From NCBI GenBank assembly GCA_964035575.1, contig OZ037834.1, positions 1,798,001 to 1,862,000 on the forward strand: a DNA stretch of 64,000 nucleotides, in the 5' to 3' direction. Origin of the DNA: Rhynchopus sp. YZ270_cl-10. Its lineage: Eukaryota. Both the position numbers and the translations under genes were made by a program. Each line of letters starts with the position of its first letter. The stretch's first letter is position 1. Under the pieces are notes generated by a model. That model was not told where the DNA came from and ran no database searches. It saw only the letters and a program-made list of their open reading frames with translations. Below, piece after piece: positions 1-12,697 of the stretch.

Positions 1-3000
1 AGGACGACGGTGTCGTGTGTGATGACTGATACGGGGGTGCCGGCCAAGTCGACGTCGTTCTCATTCTTTGTTGTCATTAACGAGATCAACGACCCGCCGA
101 TTGCGACCGTCACAGAGAACCCCCTGCGTGTCAACGAGGACGACCCGCCCGTCATCAGAACAGGCTTCCTCTCTCCCCTTGCAGCTGGTCCGCCACAGGA
201 GGCGGGACAGTCGTTCTCAACCACATGCACAAACAACCCGGCCTTCTTCCTGATCCGTCCCGAAGTCGACACATCGGGTACCCTCACATTCACCCTCCAG
301 CCAGACGTGTCCGGCACAGTCTCCGTCACATGCTCAGTGGTCGATGCAGGTGGGCTCCAAGAGGACGTGACCTTCACCGTCGAGATCGATGAGGTGAACG
401 ACCCGCCAATCGTCCTTCAGACCCTCAGCATGGTTCTTGTCGACGAAGACACCGGTGCCTACGACAGAGTGCAGTGGACAAAACTTGCACCCGGTCCTGC
501 CAACGAGGTTGCTGCGGGGCAGATTTTCACGTACACCTGCAGCCACACCAACCCACAGCTGTTCGTGCTCGGGAAGACCCCGGAAGTGGTGAGAACCTCG
601 TCTATTGCACGTCTCTCGTTTGAGCCGTCCCCAGACCAGGCTGGAGAGTCGAAGGTGACATGCCAGCTGACGGACACGGGCAGCCCCCCTGCTAGCACGG
701 AGGTCGAGTTTACCATTGTCATCCGTGACCTGAACGACGCACCCACCGCAACGTGCACGCTGTGCGCAACAGGCATCACCGTGCAGGAGGACTCCGGCTG
801 GCACTCATCCATGAACTTCCTGACACTCATCTCCGCCGGGCCTGTCTCTGAGGCAGACCAGACGCTGACCACGACATGCACCACGTCGGGAGCAGACACG
901 TTGTGGTACAAGGACAGCACCGTCACGCCTGCTATCGACGGACGCCCCAGGATTGACCCTCTGACAGGCGCACTCACATTCCAGCCGAACACGGATACTA
1001 GCGGCTCTTCGACAGTGTCGTGCACATTGACCGACAACGGTACCCCACAGGGCCTCCTCACGCTGACGTCGTTTGTGATCACGGTGGAGGAGGTGAACGA
1101 CCCGCCACTTGGCACTGTCGACCCGAGTGGACGCGCCTCTGTTGCTGTCGGGTCTGGCTCGACCACGATGAGCGCGTGGGTGACAGGCATCGCACCGGGA
1201 CCTCCGCAGGAGTCGACACAGAGTGTGCGGATCACATGCGTTGCCGACACACCGGCGCTGTTCACGACAACGGGACAGCCGACGCTGGACCGTGTGAGTG
1301 GGGACTTGACGTTCACGGCTGCGACGGACAACAGCGAGGGAAACTCGTTGGTGACATGCACGCTGACGGACAACGGCCTGCCTACAGTGGAGACACTGAC
1401 ACTGTCGTTCGTGGTCGCGTTTGAGAACCAGCCGCCAACGGCGACAGCGACACAGGAGTTCGTGGTCGTTGCAGAGGAGAGCGGACCGTACACGCTGGCG
1501 TCCTTCCTGACGAACCTTGCTGCAGGACCCGCCGTCGAGGTGGCGAAGGGGCAGTCCATCGCGACCATCGTCTGCACACCGACCGACACCTCGCTGTTCT
1601 CGGTCTCGCCGGTCATCAACAACCAAGGCGTGCTTGAGTTCACCCCCGCTGTGGACGCAGCTGGCAGCACCTTTGTTGACTGTCTCGTCAACGACAACGG
1701 CCAGCCGCAGAAGGTATGATACACTACTTTTGAAATACAATAAAATAACCCACTACCACAGTCTGTTGGCCTGAACTTCACCGTGAACGTGACCGAGGTG
1801 AACGACCCCCCGGTCGTGACCGTGAACCAGGGCTCCGTCACTGCCCCTGAGGGAGGTGACAAGGTGCTTATCCCCTCCTTCGTCAGTGTCTCTGCGGGGC
1901 CGCCGTCGGAGAACCTGCAGACCGTGCGTGGGTCCTGTGTCGCGAACATCCCGGAGCTTGTGGAGGGCACCATCGTGCTTGGCCTCAGCGGCTTCTCCCT
2001 GCAGAACCCTATTGGGAGCCTTGAGTTCACCCCTGCAAAGGACCTGTCCGGGACGACCACCGTGAAGTGCACTGTGTCCGATGACGGCATCCCAGTGATG
2101 ACGTCGGAGTTCGAGTTTGAACTCATCATCTCCGAGACAAACGACCCGCCCACCGCCACCCTCACCCGCACCGAGGTGACCCTTGACGAGGACGTCGCTC
2201 TGTTCGAGGTGCTCAACATGTTCACAGGGCTGTCCCCTGGTCCGCAGGCCGAGATCGATAAGGGAGAGACGTACACGATCAACTGTCTTGCAGGGGACAA
2301 CTCACTGTTTACTTTGGCAGGACGTCCGAAGGTGAACAGCGCGGGGACGCTCTCGATGATCCCTGCGCCGGACATGGTTGGGACCACGAAGGTGGACTGC
2401 ACCATTGCAGACTCAGGGTCGCCGTCGATGTCGATCATGAAGAGCTTCACGGTGACTGTCGCTGAGAAGAACGACGCACCCCTGGCGGTGGTCACGCAGG
2501 AGCGTGTCACGGTTGCGGAGGACTCCGATGTGAGCAGCTTCCCCGGCTTTGTGAACCCGCTGTCGCCTGGACCGGCCTCTGAGAGCACACAGACGATCAA
2601 GACGACGTGCTTCCCTACGAACGCAGCGCTGTTCTCCACCTCGGTGTCGATTGCGTCGTTTGGGACGAAGATCGGCGAGCTCTCCTTCAAGCCTGCCCAG
2701 GACGCTGTCGGAGTGACAGAGGTGAAGTGCGACGTTGTGGACAGCAACACCGGCACAGAGGCACCCTTGACGACGTCGTTCAGCTTCACCGTCGAGATCA
2801 CCGAAGTGAACGACCCGCCCACAGGTCTGCTCAAGCTGATGGAGATCTCTGTGCAGGAGGACATCGGCACCTTCGTCTCGAAGGCCTTCCTCTACCAGGT
2901 CGCGCCCGGACCCACCTCCGAGGATTCGCAGGTCGTGACCACGACGTGCGTGGCAGAGCACACCGCACTGTTCTCGTCGCCCCCGCTCATCGCGTCCACA

Positions 3001-6000
3001 GGCGACCTCACCTTCGTACCTGCAAAGGATGTGTCCGGCAAGACCGACGTGACCTGCACCATGACCGACAACGGATCCCCTGCCGCGTCCACACCGCTCG
3101 TCTTCTCCGTGACCATCCTGGACACGAACGATCCGCCTACCGGAACCCTCTCGCGCTCGATGGTGTCGGCTGCAGAGGACGCAGGGAACGTTGAGTTTGC
3201 GGACTTCATCACAGGCATGTCCGGCGGGCCTGCGCTTGAGAACGGACAGACCTTCACAACAACCTGCCTTGCAGAGAAGCCCGAGATGTTCAAGAACCAA
3301 CCCACAATTGCGCAGCAGAGCCCGACTGTGGGGAAGCTGCTGTTCACCCCTGCGGACAACGCAGTTGGGTCGACGTCGGTGACGTGCACCATTGCAGATG
3401 ACGTGACGCCTCCTGGTGAGACCAAACTCACATTCTCTGTGACGCTCACGGAGACGAACGACGAGCCCGTGGTGACTTACCCGGGGGAGAACAACGTGAA
3501 GGTCACGCAGGACATTGTGAAGAGGACGTACACATACCCGTCGTTCCTCCAGGCACTGCCGGGCCCTGAGTCGGAGGGCACACAGGGGCTTGACTCTGAG
3601 TGCCTTGCAACGAACCCTGAGCTGTTCGAAGTGCAGCCCACCGTCAACGTCATCAACGGGGGGCAGGGCAACCTCTCATTTGTGGCCAAGGCAGGGCTCA
3701 GCGAGGCGAACGCTATCACCTCCAAGGTGACCTGCACGTTCTCTGACAACGGCATGCCGCCGCTGACCACGTCTACCACCTTCGACATCGACTTCGAACT
3801 CGTATGTTTTTTGTTTTGTTAAAAGTCAATGAAAGTGATACTGCAGAGAAACGGTGCCTGCATCTACTGCACGGTGAGGCGTTTGTTTGTCAATTTCTCT
3901 TCCCAAAGAAGGGTGCATTTTTGAGTTGTCTTTTGTTTGCATTGTCGTCAATACCCACACCACACAGCCCAAGTCGCCCGCACTGTTGGACACCTACCGC
4001 AAGTCTCCTGAGTACATCGACTCCCCCGAAGCCAAGGTTTGTGTATATTTCGATTTACCATTTTTATCTGCCTTCAGGATTATTCCCAGCCGTGCAGCTG
4101 ATGCTGTACGATCAAGGTGACTAAGCGCAGTGATGCTTGGGTTCGTTCTTACAATTTATTTACTTTTTAGCCATATTGTTTTTAGAGAAGGTTTTGCTGC
4201 TTCATTCCACTGAACACACACTGCTCCCTGTTGGTGAGGTGACTCTAGAGAAACCTATTATACTCATTTTATCTTTTCTATTCAGGATGCGAGCCCAATC
4301 GCACAGTTCCGCAGAAGTGCCGACTACGCAGACAGCCCTCTTGCGGACGTGGAGACACCACTGGCAAAGTTCTTCTTGACCCCAGAAGGGAAGGACTCGC
4401 CTGCGTACAAGGACAACTTCCAGGGTATGTAATACGTCCCAGAGCCCCCAATGGTCCACCGACTTAACATTTTTCTTCTTTTTTTTTGCCTCAAACCGAT
4501 GCCAGCAATCGAGGATACTATCCTTCTTTATGAATCGAACCTTGAGAGGACTTCACCCCCTTCACACACCACCCCAACAGTTCCAACCAACCCCGTGAAC
4601 GTGATCCGTCTCACACTGAACATGCTGAAGTCGGCCTTCAGACTCTCGACCTTCAGAGACGTGCTGGCCGACATCTTCTCCTCGGAGATCACAAGCCTGA
4701 AGGTCTACTGGGTGTGCCCGATGTCTGCGTGCCCGACTCTGGTGGGTTGCTCGAGTGGGTTTGACCAGCGCATTGCTTCAGGGTATGCACGATGCTTAGG
4801 AGACACTCTCTCCCCCTCAGCCACTTTTCAAACCATCTTACTTTATTAACTGTTGAAGGTGACTAGGCTTAGGTGCTTATAAGCTTTTCTTTGTTTCAAC
4901 CAGATGTGCAGCACATCTTTTCTCCAAACCTGAGTAACCAGAGAGTGTGCACAGACCCTCTGGGTAGGTGGGGCAACAAACAACACAACACCCAACAGCT
5001 GCTCCCACGGAAGCACCTACGAAGGCACCCTCCGTCTTGCCGAGATCCTGCAGGGCCCGGTTGCTACGTCTGAGGAGATCTTCGTCGACCTGGACCTGAC
5101 AACGGCAGAGCAGAGCGGCATCACGCAGTCCGACCTTCAGGTTTGTGTGCCCCCCTCAGCCCCCCTGCAGAAATCTGTTTAGAGTTTATTCTTCTGGACA
5201 ACGCTTCCTATCATGACCAGGTTGAGCGTCATCTTCACAACTTTTTCTAGTCGTGATACACTTTTCAGCTTCTTTACTGTACCCACCCTTCCCTTTGTAT
5301 ATGCATGAACGACCGAGCTGTGTCTTAGTGCGTTTTAACTCTTTTTATTGTCCAAACTTCGCTCTGCTGATGAGAGGAGTATCATCTACACCTTTTATTT
5401 TCGTGCCGTGCGGACGGTGAGGTTGTTCAACCTTTCTTTACCTACTCTTTGTTCAAAGCCCACAACCTCCCGAACCGCAACACCATTTACAGAGACTGCA
5501 GAACTTGAACGATGAAATTGCGAAGTCGGCTAACAACCCGAATTCGCGTGCCTCGTCTGAGCTGGGTCTCAAGCAGACGGTGGTTGCGCCGTGCGGCGAC
5601 TGCGCTGATGTGGCTGCGGAGGGTGACGATGACAGCGGGTTTGGTTCGGAGTGGTGGCACTGGCTGCTGCTTGCGCTTGCGATCGCGCTGCTGTGTTGCA
5701 GCATCTGCCTGGCTGTGTTCTTCTGCTGCTGCAGAAAGACGAAGGAGAAGGTGGTGGAGAAGTACGAGGACCACCCCCAGGAGAAGTACCTGCCGAACAG
5801 CAGCAGCACGTCTGGATCCAGCTTGGACCACCCTGACGCACCCTCGCCAGGCCACTACAGCGACAAGAACAGCGGGTTCGACTCTATCAGCGGCGCAGAC
5901 CGCAAAACCAACCCCATCAACGAGCTGTACCCTCCATCCGCACCAAGAAGCGAAGTGCAGGCTGACAACGTATGCCCTCAAGCTTTTAAGAAAATAGACT

Positions 6001-6274
6001 CTCTGTGAAGATAACCCGCCTTTTTTGTGGAAGAGAACCATAAAAAAAAGTGATCAAATCCTATTTGCAAGATCGCCTTACAACAAAAGTGAATATCACA
6101 TACAGACTACCAGGTCATTTGAGTTCATTTTATATATTTCCCCCAGAACCTCAAATCTTTATAAAGTGATTCTCGATACAACAAAATACGCAATCTACAC
6201 AGGAATGGCGCCCGTACACCGTCGACTGGGGTGACGCTGGGTACAACGACCCCAGGCCAGAGGCTCAGTACTGA
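1..6274 (+). CDS. Large type I membrane adhesin with tandem bacterial-type cadherin/Ig-like repeats; 5' end outside window; 9 exons visible
   Basis: Eleven ~110-aa repeats, each starting xNDPP/NDAP and containing V.ED and GP..E..Q motifs. Phase-compatible GT-AG exons: <1-1713, 1762-3801, 3847-3873, 3968-4036, 4286-4424, 4581-4782, 4999-5140, 5493-5969, 6203-6274 (ends EWRPYTVDWGDAGYNDPRPEAQY*). TM helix WWHWLLLALAIALLCCSICLAVFFCCC followed by RKTKEK at ~5652-5750. Confidence 0.85.
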
Positions 6275-7441
6275 ACAAAAAATTCAGCGGGTCTGGGGTT
6301 GGCGTAAATGTTATGTATTTCACGGGTGATCAGAGGAAAAAAAAAAAAAGTAATTTTGTTTTTTGTGTCAAATACTCCAAATGTAAATGTATTTTTAAAG
6401 GTTTCCCCCCCATCTCCCCCCCCAGTTATGTTAGCTTTTCTTCGCCTTTGTTCAAAGTTGCCGTTTTCTCTGTTTTAGAGAGGGTGCTGTGTTCAAAGAG
6501 AGATATATACATCCGCACTGTTCATACCTGTATTGTTGTCAATCGTATTTTTTTTTTCTTTTTCAAGGTGGCTAAGCAAGACTTAGGTTCCATCTTACAA
6601 AAACAAACCTTTATTTTTCTTTGTGTGTGCTCTTTTTATGGATCCTGATAAGGAAAAAAAATCGTGGCTGCTATCCCGTTGATAGTGGTCTAAAATCAAA
6701 CATTCTCTTTTTTTGTGTGTGCACAGATAATTCAACCTCCCTTACCCTATTTTTTTCCCCTAAAAAAGACTGCCGCAAAAACCCCCCAAAAAAAATCCCC
6801 TTTTTTGTTAGGTGGTGCTGTCCACCGACCTGCCCTACCTTTTTTTCGTTTTTTAATGCAAATTTAACAAATAATTAGCAACGAACTTTACGGGGGGGTT
6901 TTTTTTTCCCCCTCTTTCTCAAATGCCCTGAGGTGTGGTTACCTTGGTGGACTCTGAGAGAGAAGAAAAAAGAAAAAAAAGCTGATTTTGATATTCACGG
7001 TGCCTGTGTCCACAGAGGCTATTTTTTGCATCCTTTTGTATGTCAATTTTTGTTTGTTTCTCAGCTTTTCTCCCTTTTTTTTTAAAGATATATGTGCACG
7101 AGAGGCACATTCATCTTTCAAGTTTTCTGTTTTTTCTCAAATTTCTTTGATTGTGCATGATAGGCACAGAGAGTTTTTTTTTGTTTTGTTTCCTGAGTTG
7201 TAAGAGTGGAGATCATCCTTAGGGGAGGTCTCTTTTCAATACAACCAAGTTTTCAAAAAAAAAAAAAAAAGAATCTCAAAAGAAACCCCATTCCCCCCAC
7301 CACAACAGAGAATAAGCCGGGTCCCCGGTCCCTGGGTCCAGGTCAAGGTCCCGGTTCCCTGAGTCTTATTCTCTGCTGTGTTCCCCCCTTCCCTTCTAAC
7401 CCAGTACATAAACAAAACACATTAGGTGTCTACTCTTTCTT

Positions 7442-7479
7442 TAAGGTGACTAAGCAACGAGAGGCTTAGGGTCATCTTA
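7442..7479 (+). other. Type copy of dispersed sense-strand hairpin family A
   Basis: TAAGGTGACTAAGC-AACGAGAG-GCTTAGGGTCATCTTA; related copies near 4114, 4857, 6565, 9602, 10279, 10337, 36649, 38002, 53344, 58640 and 58817. Confidence 0.8.
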
Positions 7480-9800
7480 TAAAATTTTTCTTTCTTTCAT
7501 CGCATCCTTCCCTTTTCCCCCTCCCCTGCTCTGTCACCTTGTTGGCATTGAGAGGAGATGGCAGGGATAGTGGTGCATCAATTACAAAAAAAATAATAAT
7601 AATAATCACACAAAAAAGCTCTAGTGGTAGGACAATTGGTTTACATTATGGAATATGGAGGGTTCTCTCCATTAAATTTGGTATTTGGTATTTCATTTTT
7701 TGTTTTTTTTTGAAAACTTGGTTGTATTAGTGTAGCCACCCTAGAGTGTGCTCCACTATATTTTTTTTTTTGGGGGGGGTGGGGTGTGAGAGGGATTAGG
7801 GAAAAAGGAAAAGGGCACACGAACGATTTTTTTTCTTCAAGATGACACTCTGATGTGTATGCAACATATTCATTGCTTTTTTTTCCGATTTTGATAATTT
7901 CTTGCAAGAAGGGTGAGTAAAGGCAGGGGAGATCCATATTTTTTTGTTTTTCCCTCTTTCTTTTTTTCCCCCTCTTCACGCGTAGACCTTGCGCTCGAAC
8001 CACTTTTAAAATCATTTTTTTTTTTAGTAGGTTTTTTTTGTGCGTCAGTCCAGCACAGAGAATCGCCACCGTCCTTCCTCTATTATCATTACCTCTTTCT
8101 GTCGATTTTGAAAAACTCGGCATGTTTGAAGAAAAAAAAGATTTGCGCGTGAGGCATGTTCATCTTCCAACCTTTCTTTTGAGAGTAAGGGTCTTCCCAA
8201 GCAAGGCGTAGTAGGTGTTTTCCTCTTGGGACGAGGTGCTCCTTTCTATTTTAAAAAAAAAAAATTGTTTTGAGATTCTCCCAAACGATAACGATTGGGA
8301 AAACGACATTCCGGACCGTTTGTGTCCCGTGCGACCCGTTCATTTTTTTTTCACCTTTTTCTTATTTGAGTCAGACAGAACAGACGGGTTATAAGGGGGT
8401 CAGGTTTGGTAATGCGCATAGCAGTTTTTTAATATTTTTTTTATATCAACCTCGTGTAATAACAGAACGTTCATTCGTCCTGTGTGGAACGCAGAAGAAA
8501 AAAGAAGAAGAAGAAGAAAATATCAACAGTAGCATCTGTACTGCAAGTTTGTTCCCTACCCCTCTACAGTGAAAAAAAGCAAGAAAAGTACCTGCTCGAT
8601 CCTTTTGAGAGAGAGACAGACCCAAGAGAAAGAAAAAGAGTGGGAAAAAAAAAGCAGAAGTACCGTCCTTTCGCTAAACGTTGAAGGAACTGTAATCATT
8701 TATTTTTTTTATTTCGTTTTTATTTTAATAATGAAACCCCAAAGCTCTTTCGGAGGGGGCGCGCACAACACAAACAAAAAGGGGAGAGTGCAACAGATTT
8801 TTGTTTCTATAGATTTATGTAAGGATGGTGAGGCACATTCAGCTTTTCTGTCTTTCTGTTGTGTTGTTTACGATTTTCCACCTCACCTTCCACCAGCCCA
8901 GGGTTCCCATGGGGAAAGGAACCACAACAGCATCACAAAAGGAAGCTTGAACTCTTGTCAAGAGTTCAAAAAAAAAATAAAAAGAAAAAATAAAAGAAAT
9001 ATGCTGGATAATGAAGAAATGTCCAAATGGCAGCTACATTCAAACCCAACAGAGTTACTCAACAAGAACAACACAAAAATAGGTACACCTATTTTAGGTT
9101 TCGACAAAATATCTTTTTCACTCTCTTTCCCCTCCTTTTTAAAAGATTCCCCTTTTCCCGTCCTTTGTGTTCTTTTGTTTATGAGGTATGACATTGGAGA
9201 AAAAAAGACAGGGGTTACCGTGGTATATGCACAAACGAACTTTGTCTTGAAAGACAAAATGCAGTGCTAATACACGGAGGGGGTTTGGAAACGTAATTCA
9301 GAGCAAACATACCATTTTTTTTTGTCTTTTTTCTTTTTCCTTTTTGCCGTCAGATGCAGCATGATAGTGGGTTCCTTCTGGTCGCATCTGCATGGGTTTT
9401 TAAATAGTGTATAGTGCCTGCGTCCGCCGATGTACGGTGAGGGTGTTTGCACTATTACACATCTCTGTTTTATTTTTTCACATAAAAATAACTTTATAAT
9501 GTGCCTCAGTTTCAAAAAAAAACCATAGCGTTTTGAATTGGGGCAGGCCTTTCCTGAAGAAAAAAAAACAGCAAAAAAAAAACCGGCATCTTTTTTAAAA
9601 AAAGGTGACTAAGCAACGAGAGGCTTGGGTTCATCTTATTAATCTTTTCTTTTTTTTCTTTTTTTTCCTTTTGTGTTTGCTTCTGAGGTATATTTTCATT
9701 GGGGAGAGGCGTTTTTGTGCATTTTGACAATATTCGTCTCTTTTTTTTTTTTTTTTTTGTAACGTCCACAAAATCATGGGGATAAAAAGATAGTAATATT

Positions 9801-9970
9801 TGGTGCTCCTGAAATAAAAAATACCAAGTACGCAACAACTACGCACTAACTACGCAACAAGTGCGCAATATAGGGTATTCCTGTATTATTTTTTTTTCGT
9901 GCACAAAGTGCGCAACAAGTACACAGCAAGTACGCAACAAATACGCAAAATGGGGTTTTCAGGAGCACCA
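9801..9970. mobile_element. Small TGGTG..CACCA inverted-repeat element
   Basis: 14-bp TIR TGGTGCTCCTGAAA/TTTCAGGAGCACCA; internal AAGTACGCAAC-like repeats; TSD not clean. Confidence 0.7.
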
Positions 9971-12697
9971 AATATAGTTCATATTGTGTGGCTGAATGGA
10001 GGGGGTGTACAAAGTATACAGGAAGTGCCAGCTCATCACCCTCCCCTTCAGCCACCCGCCATAGGTATCTCTATAGGTAACCCAATAAGGTGTATCCAGA
10101 GTCCAAATGGCGATATGTGACATTATTTTTTTGTTTTTAAAAAGGGGTGACGTGCTAGAGGGATCAGGATCGTCTTACAAAGCCACTCTCTTTTATTGTG
10201 TGTCGAGAGCAACTTCATTTTTTTACAAAAAAATGTGTGTGCAAGAGGCACATTCATCTCACAAACGTTCTTTTTTAAAAGGTGACTAAGCAAAACGAGA
10301 GGATTGCTGATGTTCAAAACATTAAGTAATCTAATCAGACTAAGCAACGAGAGGCTTAGGGTTATCTTGTAAACCTTATTTTTATTTTATTTTTAAAACA
10401 ACGAAATTCTGCCATGCGTACCAAGTATATTCACTCCCTCTCATATCCCTTTCCCCCCTTTTTTTTTTTGTTTTTGTGTCTCCCGTTCCTCCCCTTTCCC
10501 GTTCCACAAAACCCCCCAAAAATATTTTTGTTTGTTCAGTTTAAGTATTCGTCTTTCCTTTCTCTCTCCTCTCTCTCCCTTTTTTCTTTCTGGGGTACTT
10601 TTTTTTGTTGGGTTGAGTTTGGGAAGGAGGGAGAGAAGTAGTTTGAAGATTGTTCTATTTTGTTGAACTCCTTCGAGTTGGAAGAAGAAAAATGGAGGGG
10701 GGAAAAAATGGTATTATTACCTGCCCGCGGCGATTTCATCGTACCTTTGTGTGTTGAAGTTGTAGTGCGCGATTTTAAACAAGCAATAGATATTAATTAT
10801 TAATGTGAAGTGGTCTGATCTGATCTGATCTGATCTGTGTATGTCTTTTGAGCACTCTTTTTGTTCTTTGGTTCAACAGCTGTGTATCAAGGATACGGTC
10901 TGACTTTTGCCTTTTTTTTTTCTCATTATTTTTTTTTTTTGAACTCAAGTTCGGAAAAAAGGGGGAAAAAAACCGCACTGTCTACCAACAACTCTTTTGA
11001 ATGCATTGTTTTTGAATAAAAGAATAAAGAGTGGACAATGATTCGAAAAAAATTCTTTTAGTTCCCCCTATTTTTTGTTCCCCTCGCCTCCATAGCAAAA
11101 AACAAAAAAAAAACAAAAAAAAAAAAAAAAAAAAACACACACACACACTTTGGGGCTATTGATTGCGCCCTAATCACCTTTCTAGCATTTTAACTACCCT
11201 TCCTTTTTTTGTCAGCATTTTCTTCTTGAATGTAAAGCAAAAAAAATGCGCATTTACTTGAAGACACTTTTTTTTGTACGTTTTTAAAAGCAAACAAAGA
11301 AGAGAAAAAAACTGTAACTGGCTACAAACCGTAGATCCCCCCCCATTTCCCCACAATGTGCCCTTTTTTTTTCTTCTGGTGAACAAGCTCTGCGAAGCTT
11401 ATGCTCATCACACCAGCTTTTCTCTTTGGATGTGTATGGGCGTGAGACATATCTATCTCTCAATTTTATTTTATTTTTAAATCTGGTGTTGGCCGCAAGG
11501 TGCTTTTTGTGCTTTTCCTCCGGGGCCAACATCGTACAGTGTGTCAGTCTGAGATGTACCTGCATCAATAATTTCTTCTCTTATTCAACTGTGGTTTTTT
11601 TTTGGTCCCCTTTTTTCTGAAAATGATTTTTTTTTTAGGCAGTTTTTTTTTCTCTTCATTTTCTCCCCATATCCCACAAAAAAATATATTACCTGTCAGC
11701 ATTTGTTTTCTTTCATATTATTTTGATGATAATCGTTAGCTGCTATCCTGTGATGGTAGGTCTAAAAAACAAAATCAAACAAAATATTGATGAATCGTGT
11801 CTTTTGGCTGTTGTTGATTCAGCAGTTTTCGCGTTTTTTTTTCAGTTTACTGAAGAAAAAAAATGGATGAGTTTGAGATACTTAGACGCATCATTTTTTA
11901 TGCCCTTTTTTTTCAAGTTTCTCTCTCAAAACTTATCATTATTGTTTTGCCTGCATCCGCCTTGTGGGTATATCAAATTCACTTTTTAAATATTACTGAA
12001 GTGTTGCGATGTGTGTCACAATTATCTCTTAGATTGTACACCATGTACGCTTGCAGTTCCTCTCTTTTACGGAGAGTCGAAGAAAAGTAGAGTTTTTTTT
12101 TTAAATTCCCAGAGACGACTGAGCTACAGCGCATAAAAACCAAATGAAAACGCGAGCAATCGCAGTGGTTCTTTTGGATGAAATAGGTCAACCGAGGGAT
12201 AGCATAGCACACAGACTTGATCTGTGTGCAAAGCCCGTAGGAGTGTCCACCCTATCAGCTTTTGACGGTAGTGTAGTGGATTACCTAACTCTACTATTCT
12301 AAACAAAAAAATTATCGGAAAAAAAACGTTTTCTCTTTCGAAGTGTGCCCAAAAAGAAGAGTTAAAAATGACAAAAAAAATTTTGTCGTTGTTTTTCAAA
12401 AAAAAAGCATCAGAAATATATCAACAACACCCCCTCTCGTATCTGCACACACAAAAACCTTCATACACCATCTCCCTCTCGCTCCCATAAACATACCTCT
12501 GTTTCTCCAATCTCTTTTTTGTTATCTCTCTCTTTTTAGTTTCCCCTTTTTCATGTGTATCGATTTCTTTTGGAGAGATGTGTTGCGCCCGAGAGGCCTT
12601 TCTTCTTTCACGCCCCATTTTTTCTTTTTTTTCTTTTGTTTCCAAAACCTATGTGTGGGCAGCAAAGACAAAAAAACGGCATTTTTTCCCCCTCCAT

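Noticed and set aside
459..2870. 803-aa minus-strand ORF and other long antisense ORFs (e.g. 25065-26180, 18226-18999, 59874-60557)
   Set aside because: Antisense shadows of GC-rich, codon-biased plus-strand genes; no recognisable motifs.
6644..6702. Motif C as a hammerhead ribozyme
   Set aside because: The invariant CUGANGA and GAAA core residues are not present together in any copy.
7442..7485. Hairpins A/B as H/ACA guide RNAs, SECIS or sarcin-ricin loop copies
   Set aside because: Too short and lacking a pseudouridylation pocket; no SECIS quartet; no rRNA context. Kept only as unexplained hairpins.
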